Position numbers and translations under genes: made by a program
The notes under the pieces: model-generated
Told to the model about the DNA's origin: nothing
Databases searched by the model: none
The model's input: the letters and a program-made list of their open reading frames with translations, nothing else
IMG/VR virus record: IMGVR_UViG_3300027969_000060
Location: 32,001 to 96,000 of that record
Strand: one strand, 5' to 3'
Origin: a virus
Length of the DNA: 64,000 nt
Part shown: piece after piece, positions 1 through 11,700 of the stretch
Position numbering within the stretch: the stretch's first letter is position 1
How the letters are laid out: every line of letters begins with the position of its first letter

Positions 1-2
1 AG

Positions 3-1043
3 ACAACAATTGCTCCATTGCCAAATAGAAATATAATTATTCCTACTTACCCTAATGGCGCGGTAGTTAACATTGGATTATATGATGCTCTTAAAGATTA
101 CGGTGATGGCGGTGATGTAACACTACTACAAAATCGTAGAGATTTAGCATATGCTTGCCAAACTCAAACCCAAGCTCAAGTTGTAAAGTTAATTCGTAAA
201 GCAGTTGCAATGACTGGACAAAAGAATGTTGTTATTAGCGGTGGCTATGGTTTAAATTGTGTTGCTAACTATCATTATTTAGAAGCATTAAAGGATGACG
301 GTATTAACATTTATGTCGAGCCAATTAGTAACGATGCTGGCACTGCTATCGGCGCCGCTATTATGATGTATAAGAATTTAGTTCCAGCAGGTGACATTGA
401 TTATACTAAAAATAGACTATATTTAGGATTTCAATATAATTATACCGATGCATATTTACAAAAATATGTTGAGTCGCACGGTGTTGAGATCACAGATGCA
501 ACACACGAAGACGTAGTTGAATTATTATTGAATAAAAACATTGTTAGTATGTTCCAAGGTCGTAGTGAAAACGGGCCACGTGCATTAGGTAATCGTAGTA
601 TATTGTTTAATCCCACGTATATTGACGGCAAGGATTTTGTAAACCAAGTTAAAAATAGAGAATATTTCCGACCGTTTGCAGGTTCTATTATGCAGGATCA
701 TGTGCATGAATGGTTTGATTTACGAGGTATGGAAGATAGTCCTTATATGATGTATGCTGTTAACTGCCAACCTGGCATCGAAGAAAAGATTCCTGCTATT
801 ATTCACATAGATGGAACTTGTCGTATTCAAACAGTTACAGAAGAACAGAACAAACACTATTATGATTTGATCAAAGTATTCCATAGTCGTACAGGAGTAC
901 CTATCTTGTTTAATACCAGCTTTAACCTAGGTGGTGATCCGTTAGTAGAAACATTAGATGATGCAATTGATACATTATCTAGATGTAACATTGAATATTT
1001 GTATTTGCCAGAATACAGTAAATTAATTAAAGTAGCTAACTAA
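3..1043 (+). CDS. Carbamoyltransferase, NodU/CmcH family (5'-truncated by the window edge)
   Basis: Motifs SGGYGLNCVAN, NDAGTAIGAA, GRSENGPRALGNRSIL, VKNREYFRPFAGS, PAIIHIDGTCRIQTV, NTSFNLGGDPLV. The frame is open back to position 3, so the TTG at 18 is not the true start. Confidence 0.93.
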   Translation, partial: TTIAPLPNRNIIIPTYPNGAVVNIGLYDALKDYGDGGDVTLLQNRRDLAYACQTQTQAQVVKLIRKAVAMTGQKNVVISGGYGLNCVANYHYLEALKDDGINIYVEPISNDAGTAIGAAIMMYKNLVPAGDIDYTKNRLYLGFQYNYTDAYLQKYVESHGVEITDATHEDVVELLLNKNIVSMFQGRSENGPRALGNRSILFNPTYIDGKDFVNQVKNREYFRPFAGSIMQDHVHEWFDLRGMEDSPYMMYAVNCQPGIEEKIPAIIHIDGTCRIQTVTEEQNKHYYDLIKVFHSRTGVPILFNTSFNLGGDPLVETLDDAIDTLSRCNIEYLYLPEYSKLIKVAN

Positions 1044-1044
1044 C

Positions 1045-1070
1045 AAAAAAGCACCCTAGGGTGCTTTTTT
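1045..1070. terminator. Bidirectional rho-independent terminator
   Basis: Perfect 26-bp palindrome AAAAAAGCACC-CTAG-GGTGCTTTTTT between convergent genes, giving a U-tract on both strands. Confidence 0.9.
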
Positions 1071-1077
1071 ATTGTAC

Positions 1078-2082
1078 TTAGAATACATTTCCATCAATGT
1101 GGGCTAATGGATTTCCCAACGGCTTAGTAGGATCTGCTGGATCAAAGTCTGGGTGACCGTTTGTACCATCTACTCCGCCTGTACCGTCTGGTGCTGTATA
1201 TGCCCCAATCTTGTGTGGTTCGGTTCCCGGACACGGACTAAATGCCACTTCATCGTTGTAACCTGCTGTAGGTGCTAATACTAACGGCTTATCTAATTCA
1301 ACAACTTTATTAACTGGGTCTACACTAACTACACGAGTATGATCACTGAAAATATCAGTAGTAGGCCAACCACGAACACCAATATCGTCACCAATATTAA
1401 TACTAGCAGTGCTAACTACTTTAATTGAAGTTTGCCCTGGAGTATTAAGCGGTGCGGATGCAGACAAATCTAAAAAAGTATGCACATTAGATGCGCCGTG
1501 AATTTGCGGCATATCACGTAACAGTTGACGATGCTCTTCCCAAGGCTCTCTAACCCTAGCAGGTACGTATTCGTGTACTTTATCATCAGATATCATTAAC
1601 AAATTATTACGCCACAATCTTAGACGATCCCAATCTGAGTGATTACCCTTCCACGGAAAAGTAGATACACTTGGAGGAACACCGTCTGGTGTAAACTCAA
1701 TGTCCTGAATATCGTGGGTGTGATCTGGTGGTGGATGCAACGGACGTTTGTATGTTAATCCGTCTGGTAATAATTCCTCATGCTGATCTAAATCTGCATA
1801 ATCTGGTTTTTCAATTTCGCAATGTGCTAAAGCGCATAGCAATGGATTTTCTTCGCAATTGACATGTACGTGATACTCATCAAGTGCAACCGGAATGTTA
1901 TCCTTATCATGATCGTGTGTTAAAAATTTACCAGCATACTTGTTTGTCTCTGATTTTACAACTAGACACACTTCGTCTGGACCAATATAAGTCCATTCTG
2001 CTGTCTTACCTAATGTTCTTTCTTGACTTAGATAATCATCGGGTAAGTTATATGTAAAAACTTTAGTAATAATATTTGCCAT
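1078..2082 (-). CDS. Tail fibre assembly chaperone-like protein with C-terminal extension
   Basis: Chaperone-like motif WDRLRLWRNNLL..SD...W.EHRQLLRDMPQ; paralogue of 3607..4290 (shared YxLPDxYL and PDHTxxxxxI). Confidence 0.65.
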   Translation of the reverse strand: MANIITKVFTYNLPDDYLSQERTLGKTAEWTYIGPDEVCLVVKSETNKYAGKFLTHDHDKDNIPVALDEYHVHVNCEENPLLCALAHCEIEKPDYADLDQHEELLPDGLTYKRPLHPPPDHTHDIQDIEFTPDGVPPSVSTFPWKGNHSDWDRLRLWRNNLLMISDDKVHEYVPARVREPWEEHRQLLRDMPQIHGASNVHTFLDLSASAPLNTPGQTSIKVVSTASINIGDDIGVRGWPTTDIFSDHTRVVSVDPVNKVVELDKPLVLAPTAGYNDEVAFSPCPGTEPHKIGAYTAPDGTGGVDGTNGHPDFDPADPTKPLGNPLAHIDGNVF

Positions 2083-2088
2083 TTTAAA

Positions 2089-2841
2089 TTATCCGTATGT
2101 TACTGAAACAAATCCGTTTGCGCCAATTGCACTATAACAGCAAACGTTTGCCGATGCAACTGCACTTGGGCCGCCGCCGCCCGGAATCATAGTACAACCC
2201 CAACTTTGTCCGCCACCCCACTGGCAACCATGTCCTGTGACACTAGGGCCTGAAGCAGTTGCTGGGGCATATGGCGCTTGGCCTGCCGCATGCATTCCGC
2301 AGTATTGTGTTAGTTTAGCAGATCCTTGATATCCGGGAATATTTAAATCTCCACCGTTAGCACAAGAACAACAATATTGAATTCTACAACCAGTATAGCA
2401 ACTCCAATATCTCCAGCAATCTGTACAACCCTGGCCGCCGCCTGCGGCACAGAAGTTACTTAATCCGTAACCATTTACATATGATGTAAATCCACTACAA
2501 CCAGCAGTTGATTGTGAACAACCGCTTGAACTACCGGCACAGATTGTATATTGACATCCCGCTAGAGTGCCGGTAGTAGCATAAACTGTTTTTATTGAGT
2601 ATGCGCCTGCACCACCACCAAAGCCCGTAGTACAACAACAGCTATTACCACCTGATCCGCCGCCACCCCACATTTCAAATGTAACAAAAGTTGTTCCTGC
2701 TGGAACAGTCCATAGACAGCATTTTCCGCCATTTAATGCGTTAATACTGGCGCATTCATTATAAACAATAAATTCTTGAGGGAAATTTGTACTAGTTACC
2801 GTAGCAGTTACCGTATACAGTAGTGATCTTAAATTTGACAT
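2089..2841 (-). CDS. Cys/Gly-rich putative tail-fibre tip/adhesin protein (paralogue 1)
   Basis: GGKCCLWTVP...FEMWGGGGSGG..CCC and C-terminal GxGxxGxVxVTY; 23 Cys in 250 aa. Confidence 0.6.
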   Translation of the reverse strand: MSNLRSLLYTVTATVTSTNFPQEFIVYNECASINALNGGKCCLWTVPAGTTFVTFEMWGGGGSGGNSCCCTTGFGGGAGAYSIKTVYATTGTLAGCQYTICAGSSSGCSQSTAGCSGFTSYVNGYGLSNFCAAGGGQGCTDCWRYWSCYTGCRIQYCCSCANGGDLNIPGYQGSAKLTQYCGMHAAGQAPYAPATASGPSVTGHGCQWGGGQSWGCTMIPGGGGPSAVASANVCCYSAIGANGFVSVTYG

Positions 2842-2850
2842 TCTTTATCC

Positions 2851-3603
2851 TTATTTGTATGTGATAATTACAAGTCCGCCAGCACCAAGACTGCCATACT
2901 GGCATGATCCGTCGTGGGTGTTAGCTGTTCCGCCACCACCACCTGGGAACGATCCGCAACCGTTCATAAATGTTCCGCAAGCAATACGACAATGATCTTG
3001 TGATACACGTAGTCCGCCACCAATATATGTTGGTTCAGGAGTATAATGGAACGCTGAAAAACCACAACTTGTGTTATGTGCGGCACCGGTAGGGCCGCAA
3101 AGAGCAAAATCATGCCCGCAAGCACAGCCGCAAATACAACTGATACAGTGATAACATCCGTTGTTTGCTACAAAACACTGTGTAAATCCACCAGAGCCGC
3201 CTTGCGCACACAAGCATAGTGGATATGTTGCACTTGGGTTACACGCATATGAATCAAAACCTTTGGCTCCTCGACAATCAGGAGTACAATTTGTAGTACC
3301 CGCGGCACATATAGTATATGATTGTCCAGGTACTACTCGAATAGTTTTACGAGCATATGTTCCGGCACCACCACCCATTTGTGCATGTTGGCAACAACAT
3401 GCACCACCACCACCACCACCACCACCCCAGAGTTCAAATTTTGCCCAAGTAGCGTTTGCTGGAACTACCCATAGGCAACATTTGCCGCCGTTTGACGGCG
3501 TTGCATTGTCAGCAGGATAGACATAAACAACGTTATACGGATTGTTGACTGTTACGCTTTGTAGAAATCTTGAGTCAGGAAATAAATCTCTTAAATTTGA
3601 CAT
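2851..3603 (-). CDS. Cys/Gly-rich putative tail-fibre tip/adhesin protein (paralogue 2)
   Basis: GGKCCLWVVP...FELWGGGGGGGGACCC...GAGGLVIITYK; 24 Cys in 250 aa. Confidence 0.6.
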   Translation of the reverse strand: MSNLRDLFPDSRFLQSVTVNNPYNVVYVYPADNATPSNGGKCCLWVVPANATWAKFELWGGGGGGGGACCCQHAQMGGGAGTYARKTIRVVPGQSYTICAAGTTNCTPDCRGAKGFDSYACNPSATYPLCLCAQGGSGGFTQCFVANNGCYHCISCICGCACGHDFALCGPTGAAHNTSCGFSAFHYTPEPTYIGGGLRVSQDHCRIACGTFMNGCGSFPGGGGGTANTHDGSCQYGSLGAGGLVIITYK

Positions 3604-3606
3604 CGA

Positions 3607-4290
3607 TTATACCCCCGGTTGATTAATCGGTGGATCAGTTGGAGGTAATTCTTCTCTTTCAGGATCTGACGGAAACGGAACCTTCCACGGATCAACGCCG
3701 GCAAATACAGCAGGGATATCTCTTAATATTTGACGATATTCTTCCCACATTGCAATTTTATCGGGCATGGCTTTTTGAATTCTAGTATCAGTAGTTGATA
3801 GCAATTGATTACGCCACTTAATTAAATCATCCCACGTAGTATGCGGTTTTTTCCAGCAATCTGGATATGTAAATTCAAATTCTGCTGTTTCTTCGTTCCA
3901 CTTAATTTCGTTGAGTTCATAAGTATGATCAGGTGCTTGTGGATCAGGAGTACTGTATGTGCTACCGTCTGGTAATATATCTACTTTCTGTGGAAGAGTA
4001 GCATAATTATGTTCGTTATGTATCATAGCTGAGATAAGTGGATTAACCTCTGCATCTACTAACACTTTAATTTGGCCAGCTGGTGTTGGTACATCTGCAC
4101 CATTGTCGCGTTCTGTATAGTGAAAGCGGCTGATAATTTTTTTAGTAGTTGCATCTGCAAATATCCACAAGTAACGCGGGCCTGAATAAGACCAAGTGCC
4201 CTTGCGTTGTAAATCATTTGTTAAATGTAAGTATTCATCTGGTAAATCGTACTCAAATGTTTTGTTTTCAATTCTTGTAATTTCTGGCAT
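3607..4290 (-). CDS. Tail fibre assembly chaperone-like protein
   Basis: WDDLIKWRNQLLSTTD...WEEYRQILRDIP...FP motif; paralogue of 1078..2082. Confidence 0.7.
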   Translation of the reverse strand: MPEITRIENKTFEYDLPDEYLHLTNDLQRKGTWSYSGPRYLWIFADATTKKIISRFHYTERDNGADVPTPAGQIKVLVDAEVNPLISAMIHNEHNYATLPQKVDILPDGSTYSTPDPQAPDHTYELNEIKWNEETAEFEFTYPDCWKKPHTTWDDLIKWRNQLLSTTDTRIQKAMPDKIAMWEEYRQILRDIPAVFAGVDPWKVPFPSDPEREELPPTDPPINQPGV

Positions 4291-4303
4291 TTTTTTTACC
4301 CTT

Positions 4304-5074
4304 TTAACCGTATGTTATTAAAACTAATCCGCCGGTGCCCCAGCCGCCCCAACAGCAAGGACCACCGCAGGCTTGGCCTGATGCGCCCGGGCCGCCTGGC
4401 CATGTTGTCATTTGTCCATGATAATAGTAACATCCTGATACTGTCATACCAACTCCACAAGAGTCAGCTCCGTGACGCATATTTGGAGTATATTTTAAAC
4501 CTGTTTGTGTATATGGAAGTGCCGCACTTGTACAGAAGTTGTTCTGCATGTCACCGTTGGATACACTTGGCAGTGCTAGGTCGTAGCCACCACCCTGACA
4601 TCCTTGCCAGCAACCTGGTACGCAAATACCTGTACATGCCTGACCGCCCATTCGATGACATACTGTACATCCGCCTGAGCCGCCACCGGCGCAAGACGAT
4701 GTTGCTAATGTACAGCAAAGTACAAAACTTGGGAATCCGCAACCACCGCAACACTGCTGACTACAGCATCCTGATCCAGCGGCACAAATAATAAAAAATG
4801 AATTAGCTGAATTTACTGCCAACGTTTTTTTAGCATATTGGCCTGTTCCAGGATTACGATACGGCCCCATACAGCAACATGCTCCGCCACCATCACCACC
4901 TGCTCCCCACATTTCAAACGTGGCCCAAGTGGTTCCTGAAGGAATTAACCAGCAACAGCATCTTCCGCCATCCTGCGCACTAGTACCTTCTCGTCCGTTA
5001 AACACAGCAAGTTGCTGTTGTTTATAACTAGAGCTAATTGGCGTAGTAAGTATTAAATCTCGTAATGTTGACAT
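4304..5074 (-). CDS. Cys/Gly-rich putative tail-fibre tip/adhesin protein (paralogue 3)
   Basis: GGRCCCWLIP...FEMWGAGGDGGGACCC...GTGGLVLITYG; 27 Cys in 256 aa. Confidence 0.6.
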   Translation of the reverse strand: MSTLRDLILTTPISSSYKQQQLAVFNGREGTSAQDGGRCCCWLIPSGTTWATFEMWGAGGDGGGACCCMGPYRNPGTGQYAKKTLAVNSANSFFIICAAGSGCCSQQCCGGCGFPSFVLCCTLATSSCAGGGSGGCTVCHRMGGQACTGICVPGCWQGCQGGGYDLALPSVSNGDMQNNFCTSAALPYTQTGLKYTPNMRHGADSCGVGMTVSGCYYYHGQMTTWPGGPGASGQACGGPCCWGGWGTGGLVLITYG

Positions 5075-5087
5075 TGTAACTCTCTTA

Positions 5088-5414
5088 TTATTTAATAATT
5101 AACCAACCCAATGCTGTTGAATACACTAATGTAGTTGTAGAGTTATTAACGTTGATTGTTAAATTCTCTGCTAATAGTTGAATATTAGCTGGCCCGTTCC
5201 TTGCAATAGTTATGTTGCTACCAGACGAATTGCCAAATGCGTCAATAACTTGCACCGTGTCGCCGTCGATACAGCTTGTACTAACGGGCAATGTAATTGT
5301 TTGGCCGCCAGCAGTGCATAGTATACGATCATTAACTATTGCTGTGTAAGCAGTACCAGCATTAATTCTAGTTACTGTGCCAGCAGTTCCTGTTGTTGTA
5401 ATATATCTTCCCAT
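5088..5414 (-). CDS. Small tail-fibre-associated protein (single domain of the type repeated in T4-like proximal fibres)
   Basis: Pattern ITLP...GDTVQVID..G.....NITIARNG...I......L......LVY.....GW. Confidence 0.55.
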   Translation of the reverse strand: MGRYITTTGTAGTVTRINAGTAYTAIVNDRILCTAGGQTITLPVSTSCIDGDTVQVIDAFGNSSGSNITIARNGPANIQLLAENLTINVNNSTTTLVYSTALGWLIIK

Positions 5415-5438
5415 TTCAATGTTCCTTTATCAGTGTAT

Positions 5439-5759
5439 TTATGCTGTTGGGGTCTCAATACCCATTGCTACTGCTGAACAGTTGGCTGTGCTGGTTTGCA
5501 CAACTATGTTTTTACCAGCATCTACTACTATACCTGTTCTTTCAAGTACACCTTTTGGTAGAATTTCAGTGTCGTATTCTAAATATTCGTCGTTAGCTGG
5601 AGTTGTTGTTGTAGATAGTGATACCCTACAAGTAACTGCCGAGTTAGATCTATTACAAATAGACACTGTTACCACTGCAAACGTTGTTGCAGGGCATGTG
5701 TATAGTGTAGCGTTTGTTGCTGCCGAAAGGTTTGCAGTACCTAATCTTCCTGTTGCCAT
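5439..5759 (-). CDS. Small beta-rich virion/fibre-associated protein (106 aa; paralogue of 20837..21166 and 30281..30601)
   Basis: TLYTCP...VSICNRS...LERTGIVV pattern; GGAG RBS upstream; directly follows the 2894-aa fibre gene. Confidence 0.55.
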   Translation of the reverse strand: MATGRLGTANLSAATNATLYTCPATTFAVVTVSICNRSNSAVTCRVSLSTTTTPANDEYLEYDTEILPKGVLERTGIVVDAGKNIVVQTSTANCSAVAMGIETPTA

Positions 5760-5773
5760 AATTTATTTCTCCG

Positions 5774-8700
5774 TTATCCTAAAAGTAAGAAGTCCATTGC
5801 TACTGGCAACCCGTTAATTCCGCCAGTGAAGTTCATTGTTGCTGTTACGTTAATCTGCACACCAGTAGTAGTACTAATACTATTACCAGCAATGTAGATA
5901 ACACCAGCCGTTAGTGTATTTACGTTCAATGCACTTGATCCGCCACCAATTTGGCTACTAATATATGATTTAATAGCTTTTTGCGTTGGAACAATGTTGT
6001 CACTGTTGGCTGTAAAATACTGGTCTGTTGAGAAACTAGTAATAGTTGCTCCAGATCCGCCTAGTGCCACAGAACCCAGTGTTAGTGAGTTCAAACCTGC
6101 TAGATTAAATGCGTCAGCATTAATACTTGCTACACCCGTTGCTTGCTGAACACTAAACAAAGTACCAACGCGGAAGTTACCGTCTTGGTCTGTACTTGTG
6201 TAGAACACGCGACCACCACCGTTACCTACTGTTTCATTAGCTGGAATAGCTGGCTGTGTCGGGGTTCCTGGATAGTTAGTAGTAGTGGTGTTACCCGTTC
6301 CAATACTTAAAAAGTCATGTCCAGTTAAACGAACTTGACTGTATTTTAATCTCAAGGTAATCAATGTACCGTGAGTAGGATTATTAGAAGCTGTTAATGC
6401 TGGACTTATTTGGAAACGAGCACTATATGGAGTTGAGCCGCCTGCCGCAGTCCATCCCTGATAACTATTTCTATCGGTACCTAAGAAGTTATTTACTGCA
6501 ACTAGTTTATAATAAGTTCCATTAAGTGCAAATTGTACATTTGATCCAGGTGTTGGTGAACTTGGTAAATTATATACGTTGACATAATATCCTGTTTGAT
6601 ATATGTCTGCGTACCCGTTACCAGTTACTGTTGCTGTAGCAGTAGCATACTGGCTACCTCTGTTTGTAAACGTTGGGCTAGCCAATGCTCCGTTACCAAT
6701 ACGAATCTGCCAAGTTGCTGCCGAAGTATAGTTAGGATCAATTAAAGTCATAGTTGGCGTTACAGCATAACCACTGCCTGGCTCTATAATTCTAACTTCA
6801 CTAATTGCACCGTTAGATACCTTAACGCGAGCTTGTGTTGTCGCGCCCATTACTACACTATTAGCGACTAATGATGTAGTACGTACAAACGCCCACTGCG
6901 GTGTTCGTGTTGGATTACCGTAGGCAAGCGCAGTCCAAGTAGCGGCTGTGCTTAGAGCTTGTTGATACCATGTATATCCATTGTCAGAAGTTACAATAGT
7001 AGCAGTTGATGTTGTTCCTGCAATAGCAACAAATAATCCAGCACCGTATCTAACTTTAGACCAGTTACTAGCTTGGATTGTTCCTTGTGCAGATTGTACC
7101 CATGTTATACCGTCTTTACTGTATGCAGAAATTGTGCTACCTGATGCAACTGCAACAAATGTGCCATCGCCAAATGCAACACTAGACCAAGTTGCTGATG
7201 TTGGTAGTGAACGAGTGGTCCATGATAGTCCATCTGAACTTGAAGCAGCCTGTGTGCCGCCGCTGGCAATTGCTACATAAACGCCGTTACCATAAGCAAC
7301 GCCGGTCCATGTTGTATTTGCAGGCAATGCCGCAGTATTTGACCAACTTGTACCGTTAGTACTATAGGCCGCTGTTGCTGTTCCACTAGCAACCGCCATA
7401 AACTGTCCGTTACCGTAGGTAATTGCTGACCAGTTAGCGTTTGTAAGAAGTCCGCCAGTTGTCCATGCTACTGTTGGGTCGGTTGTGTTTGCTGTAGCTG
7501 TACCATTAGATACTGCTACCCACCGTCCTGCACCATAAGCAATTGCAGTCCATGATGCACTTGCAATGGCTCCGCCTGCTATAAATGTGGTTCCATTAGC
7601 ACTAATTTGTGTGCCTGTGCCACTTGTCGGAATTGCAACAAAGTATCCACCAGATCCTACGCCATCATATGTAAAGTTTTGGATAGCTCCTGCAGGTGAA
7701 CTAACATTATTAACTGTAAGTACAACATTATTTGCACTTGTTCCGCCTAGGTTAGTACCTAAGATTGTTAATGTGTCACCTACAGTATATCCTGTTCCTG
7801 CACCACTTACTGATACAGTATAAGCAAGTCCAGATTTTACTACGTTAAATGTAGCACTAGATCCTGTGCCGCCACTAACAGTAATACTGCTGAAGGTAGT
7901 AATCCAATCGCCGTAGGCCATATCGGCCCATGTGCCACTTGTTGAAGTAGTAGCAGTAGCAGTATATGTTGGACTGGTAAATACCACTCTTGGTTCAATG
8001 ATATATGCTGTGGTTAAATCTAATGAAGATGAAATGGTTGTACCTGGTACTATATGATCCCATCCCGGTTGATGAATTAACACACTTTGGCCTGTTGTAG
8101 CCGACACTGTTTGAGCAGTTGTTGAACTTGATAGTGTACCTACGCTGATAGTTGTGCCGCCAGGAATAACGCCTATAGCATAATATGTTGTAAATGCTAA
8201 TAACCCGCCAATTGCCGAGCTTAATATAACTGGCATAGTATTGTACGCAGGAGTTGCTCTAGACAAGGTTAGCGTATTTTGTGTACCAGTAGTTGCACCA
8301 CTAGTTGTTTGGCTAATACTAACTTGCCAAGTACTTGCAGTTGTTCCTGTACCTGTTAAGTTAGCAACAATATATGTACCAGCTGTGGTTGTTCCACCTG
8401 TAACAAACATACCTGGAACAATTGTTCCTACGCTGACAGCAGATACTGTTAATGTTGTGCCACTAATTCCCGAACTTACAAATGTCGTAGACGATGTTGT
8501 TGTCGCTGTTACAGTAGTGTAAGGGAAGCTTTCTTTGGCAACTGAGCCAAACTTAGTACCTGAGTTATAATTTATAAAGTAACCTTGTTGGCCAACACCT
8601 GAACCACCAGTGACCATTACTCGCATACCAACATAGGCTGCACTAATTGCCGAATCAGTTGCTGCCAGTGTAATTCCTAGCGCCGTTCCGCCCTGTGCCA

Positions 8701-11700
8701 CGTTAGTAATAGATGCATAATTAGCACCGTTACTTAACAATCTTCCTTCAAATACTGCGCCGTCACGGAATTCATCACCTACTGCTGTGGCTCCAAAACC
8801 TGTTCCACCAATATTTCCCACATAACTAGCAGTTGAATAATTTGTTCCTGCATTAGTAAACTCAAGTCGATAGATTTGATTAACGCTGTCAGTTAATGCA
8901 AGACCAATTTGTGCATGTGTGTAACGATTGTTTACCGATGCATAAATTGGAGTTTCGTAAGTATCAACACCTTCAGCTAACGAACCATATGTGCCATATG
9001 AGTTATTACCGTTAGTAGCTCGCATTTTGCCGCCAAGCTCTGCTAAGTAGCCTGCATATGAATAGTAGGCAAACACAGAAACAAGTTCTGTTAATGCATT
9101 TGAACCAGTACACCATACTCCAATACCATCGCTGATAATAGTAGTATAGTCGTTAGCAACAATAGATTTATTTCCGCCTGCATGTAGTGATGAATCAATT
9201 TTCATTCCTATACAACCAGTACCAAATAATGTTAAGTTTTGAGTATAGGGTGAGCGAGTTGAAATCCAAGCATTATAATCTGTTGGGCCATATCCTGGAT
9301 CTAAGCTAGAATAGGCACCTGCTGTTGGTCTACGGGTTCCATATATATTAGGTGCGCCTATAGTACCGGTTAATCCGGTAACTGTCATGTTACGTAACCC
9401 CGTTGAATTACGTAGATAGAACATGTCAGACTGAATAGAGCCGCTAACTGCATTTTTATAGCTAACAATAGATCGTAAAGACTTATAATTACCAAGATAA
9501 TTTATGTCATATATCCAGCCGTTGACATATTCTGTCATATCGCGTTGGCATGCTGCCTGACTAAACTGGTATCGAACAGTCATTGATCCTGATCCGTTAT
9601 TAATAATTAACGGACTTGTGCCGACCGATGTGCTAGCTACAGTAAATTCTGTTCCCGACGGCACTGTTAATACATAGTAAGTACTGCCTAATATTACACC
9701 TCCGAGCAACGAACCGCCTGTAAATGTTACAGGATCACCTATAGTGAAATTGTGTGCAGAACTTGTTGTAAATCTGCCGGTTGATTGAGTTGTAGTTGTT
9801 ACTGTGCCGCCGTAACTTTGAGTTACCCAAGCCGTTGCTTCGTTAGCTAAGAATGCTGTATTAGCTCTTAAAATTTCAACACCCTTAATAGTACTTAACA
9901 CATTATTATATGTGTTTGTACCAGCGTATTCAAATCCACCACCTGCGGTAGCAGTTAATAAACTAGAAGTATTTGTTAAAGTAATTGGAGTTGCACTGCC
10001 AAAGGTCGATGTTACTTGAATTGTAGTTGCGTCAACAATAGAAATAATCCAATAAGTCTGATTAACACTGATGCCGCCTGTTGAGCCGTTAAACACAATT
10101 GGCATTCCTACCACCATACCTGCAGTCGATCCAACTGTAATATTTCCACCAACAGCGGTAGCTGAAGCAGTTGTTGTTATAGTACCAGCAATTGATAGAA
10201 TCATATCGTCAATAATTGTACCGATCTGTGTGGCACTGCCGTAGGCTGCAATTTGTCTAGCTTTTTGTGCAATAAAATTAACAGCACCAATTTCTGCTGT
10301 TAACTGATTATTAATAACATACTGAGCACTAGTTGTTGCTCTGTAATATGCCATACCGGCTTTAACAGAGTTAAAGTTTGTACCAAACACTAGGTCGTAA
10401 CTTAATGCGTCAACAATATATCCTGTATCTCGTGAACACGTTGCCGAGTTAAAGTTCATTGATTGATAGAACTTCTGGACCCATGCTACTGTATCAGCTT
10501 GAATTTCTGATCGTGCCGCTTGCAATGCATTGTATCCGTTTTGTAATGCGGTTGAAGACAACGCAATGGCCGCTGTTGGTGCGACAGTTGCAGGTGCTGT
10601 ACCATTAGTAATCCAGTCAATTATATCTTGGATACGAGCTTGTGCAAATGTTGCCGCACCTGCTGAACCTGCTGTGCCAGCTGTGGTTTGTGTTGGGTTA
10701 GCACCACTTACTGCAACCGGGCTTCCGCTCGAACCAACTGTTTGGCTGGCACTAACTGTCCATGTTGAACCGGAACCAGCGCCGCCAGCAATGTAACCAG
10801 TAATATAAGTACCGGCTGTAGATCCAACCATAGTTAGAACATGTCCAACCATGATAGTTCCAGTAACTGCTGAACTGATAGTTAATGTAGTTCCACTGAT
10901 GTAACCAGTTGTACTAAATGTAGTGTTAGGACTGTTAACTGTAGGTGTAGTCTTTAAAACAATGTTTGAAATCATTGTTTTTAAAGTTGTGTATGCGGCT
11001 AATGTTGCTGTCTTTTCTGTTGACGCAATATTTAACGCAGAACTTGTAAAATATGAACTACCAGCAATTAATGTCTGGGTATTGCCGCCATAGGTCATAT
11101 CATATTGTAATGCATCTAACAAGTAACCAATATCACGTTGGCAGGTTGCTACGTTAATTGCATTGTATACTGATAGATAATTGTTAAACAAATACTGGCT
11201 GATATAAGTTTTAATATATTGATAGTTTTGAACAACCTGTGCCTTACCATCACCGTATCCTGTTAAGAATCCAACGTTATATCCTGTTGGATTTGTAAAT
11301 GTAAATGCTGGCGCCGCTGTGATTGTATTTTGTAAAATATTTCTAATAGTTGCGCCGTTAGTTAATACTGACGAAACTGCCGCAGTACTACCAACATCAC
11401 CCACGGGCAATGTAGTAACTTGAGCGGTTGTGTTTCCTGTAGTAGGAGTAACTGTACCGTTAGCAACAAGCGTTGGAATGATCGCTTTCATGCGAGTCAA
11501 TACTGAAATCGTTTTTGGTTTGTCGTTTACTAAGTTTGTAACTGCACCTGCTGGCTGTATTACACTTGAACGAAGTTCATCACCAACTACCGCAGTATTT
11601 CTTGGAACAACTATAGGTAAAATTTCTAAATATGTTCCTGTCTTAACACTAATTGTTGTTCCTGGATTAATTACAGATGGAATTGCCGATGTTGTTCCTG

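Noticed and set aside
3402-3427. (CAC)n run as a phase-variation microsatellite
   Set aside because: It is a trinucleotide run encoding the family's poly-Gly motif, so slippage would not change the frame.
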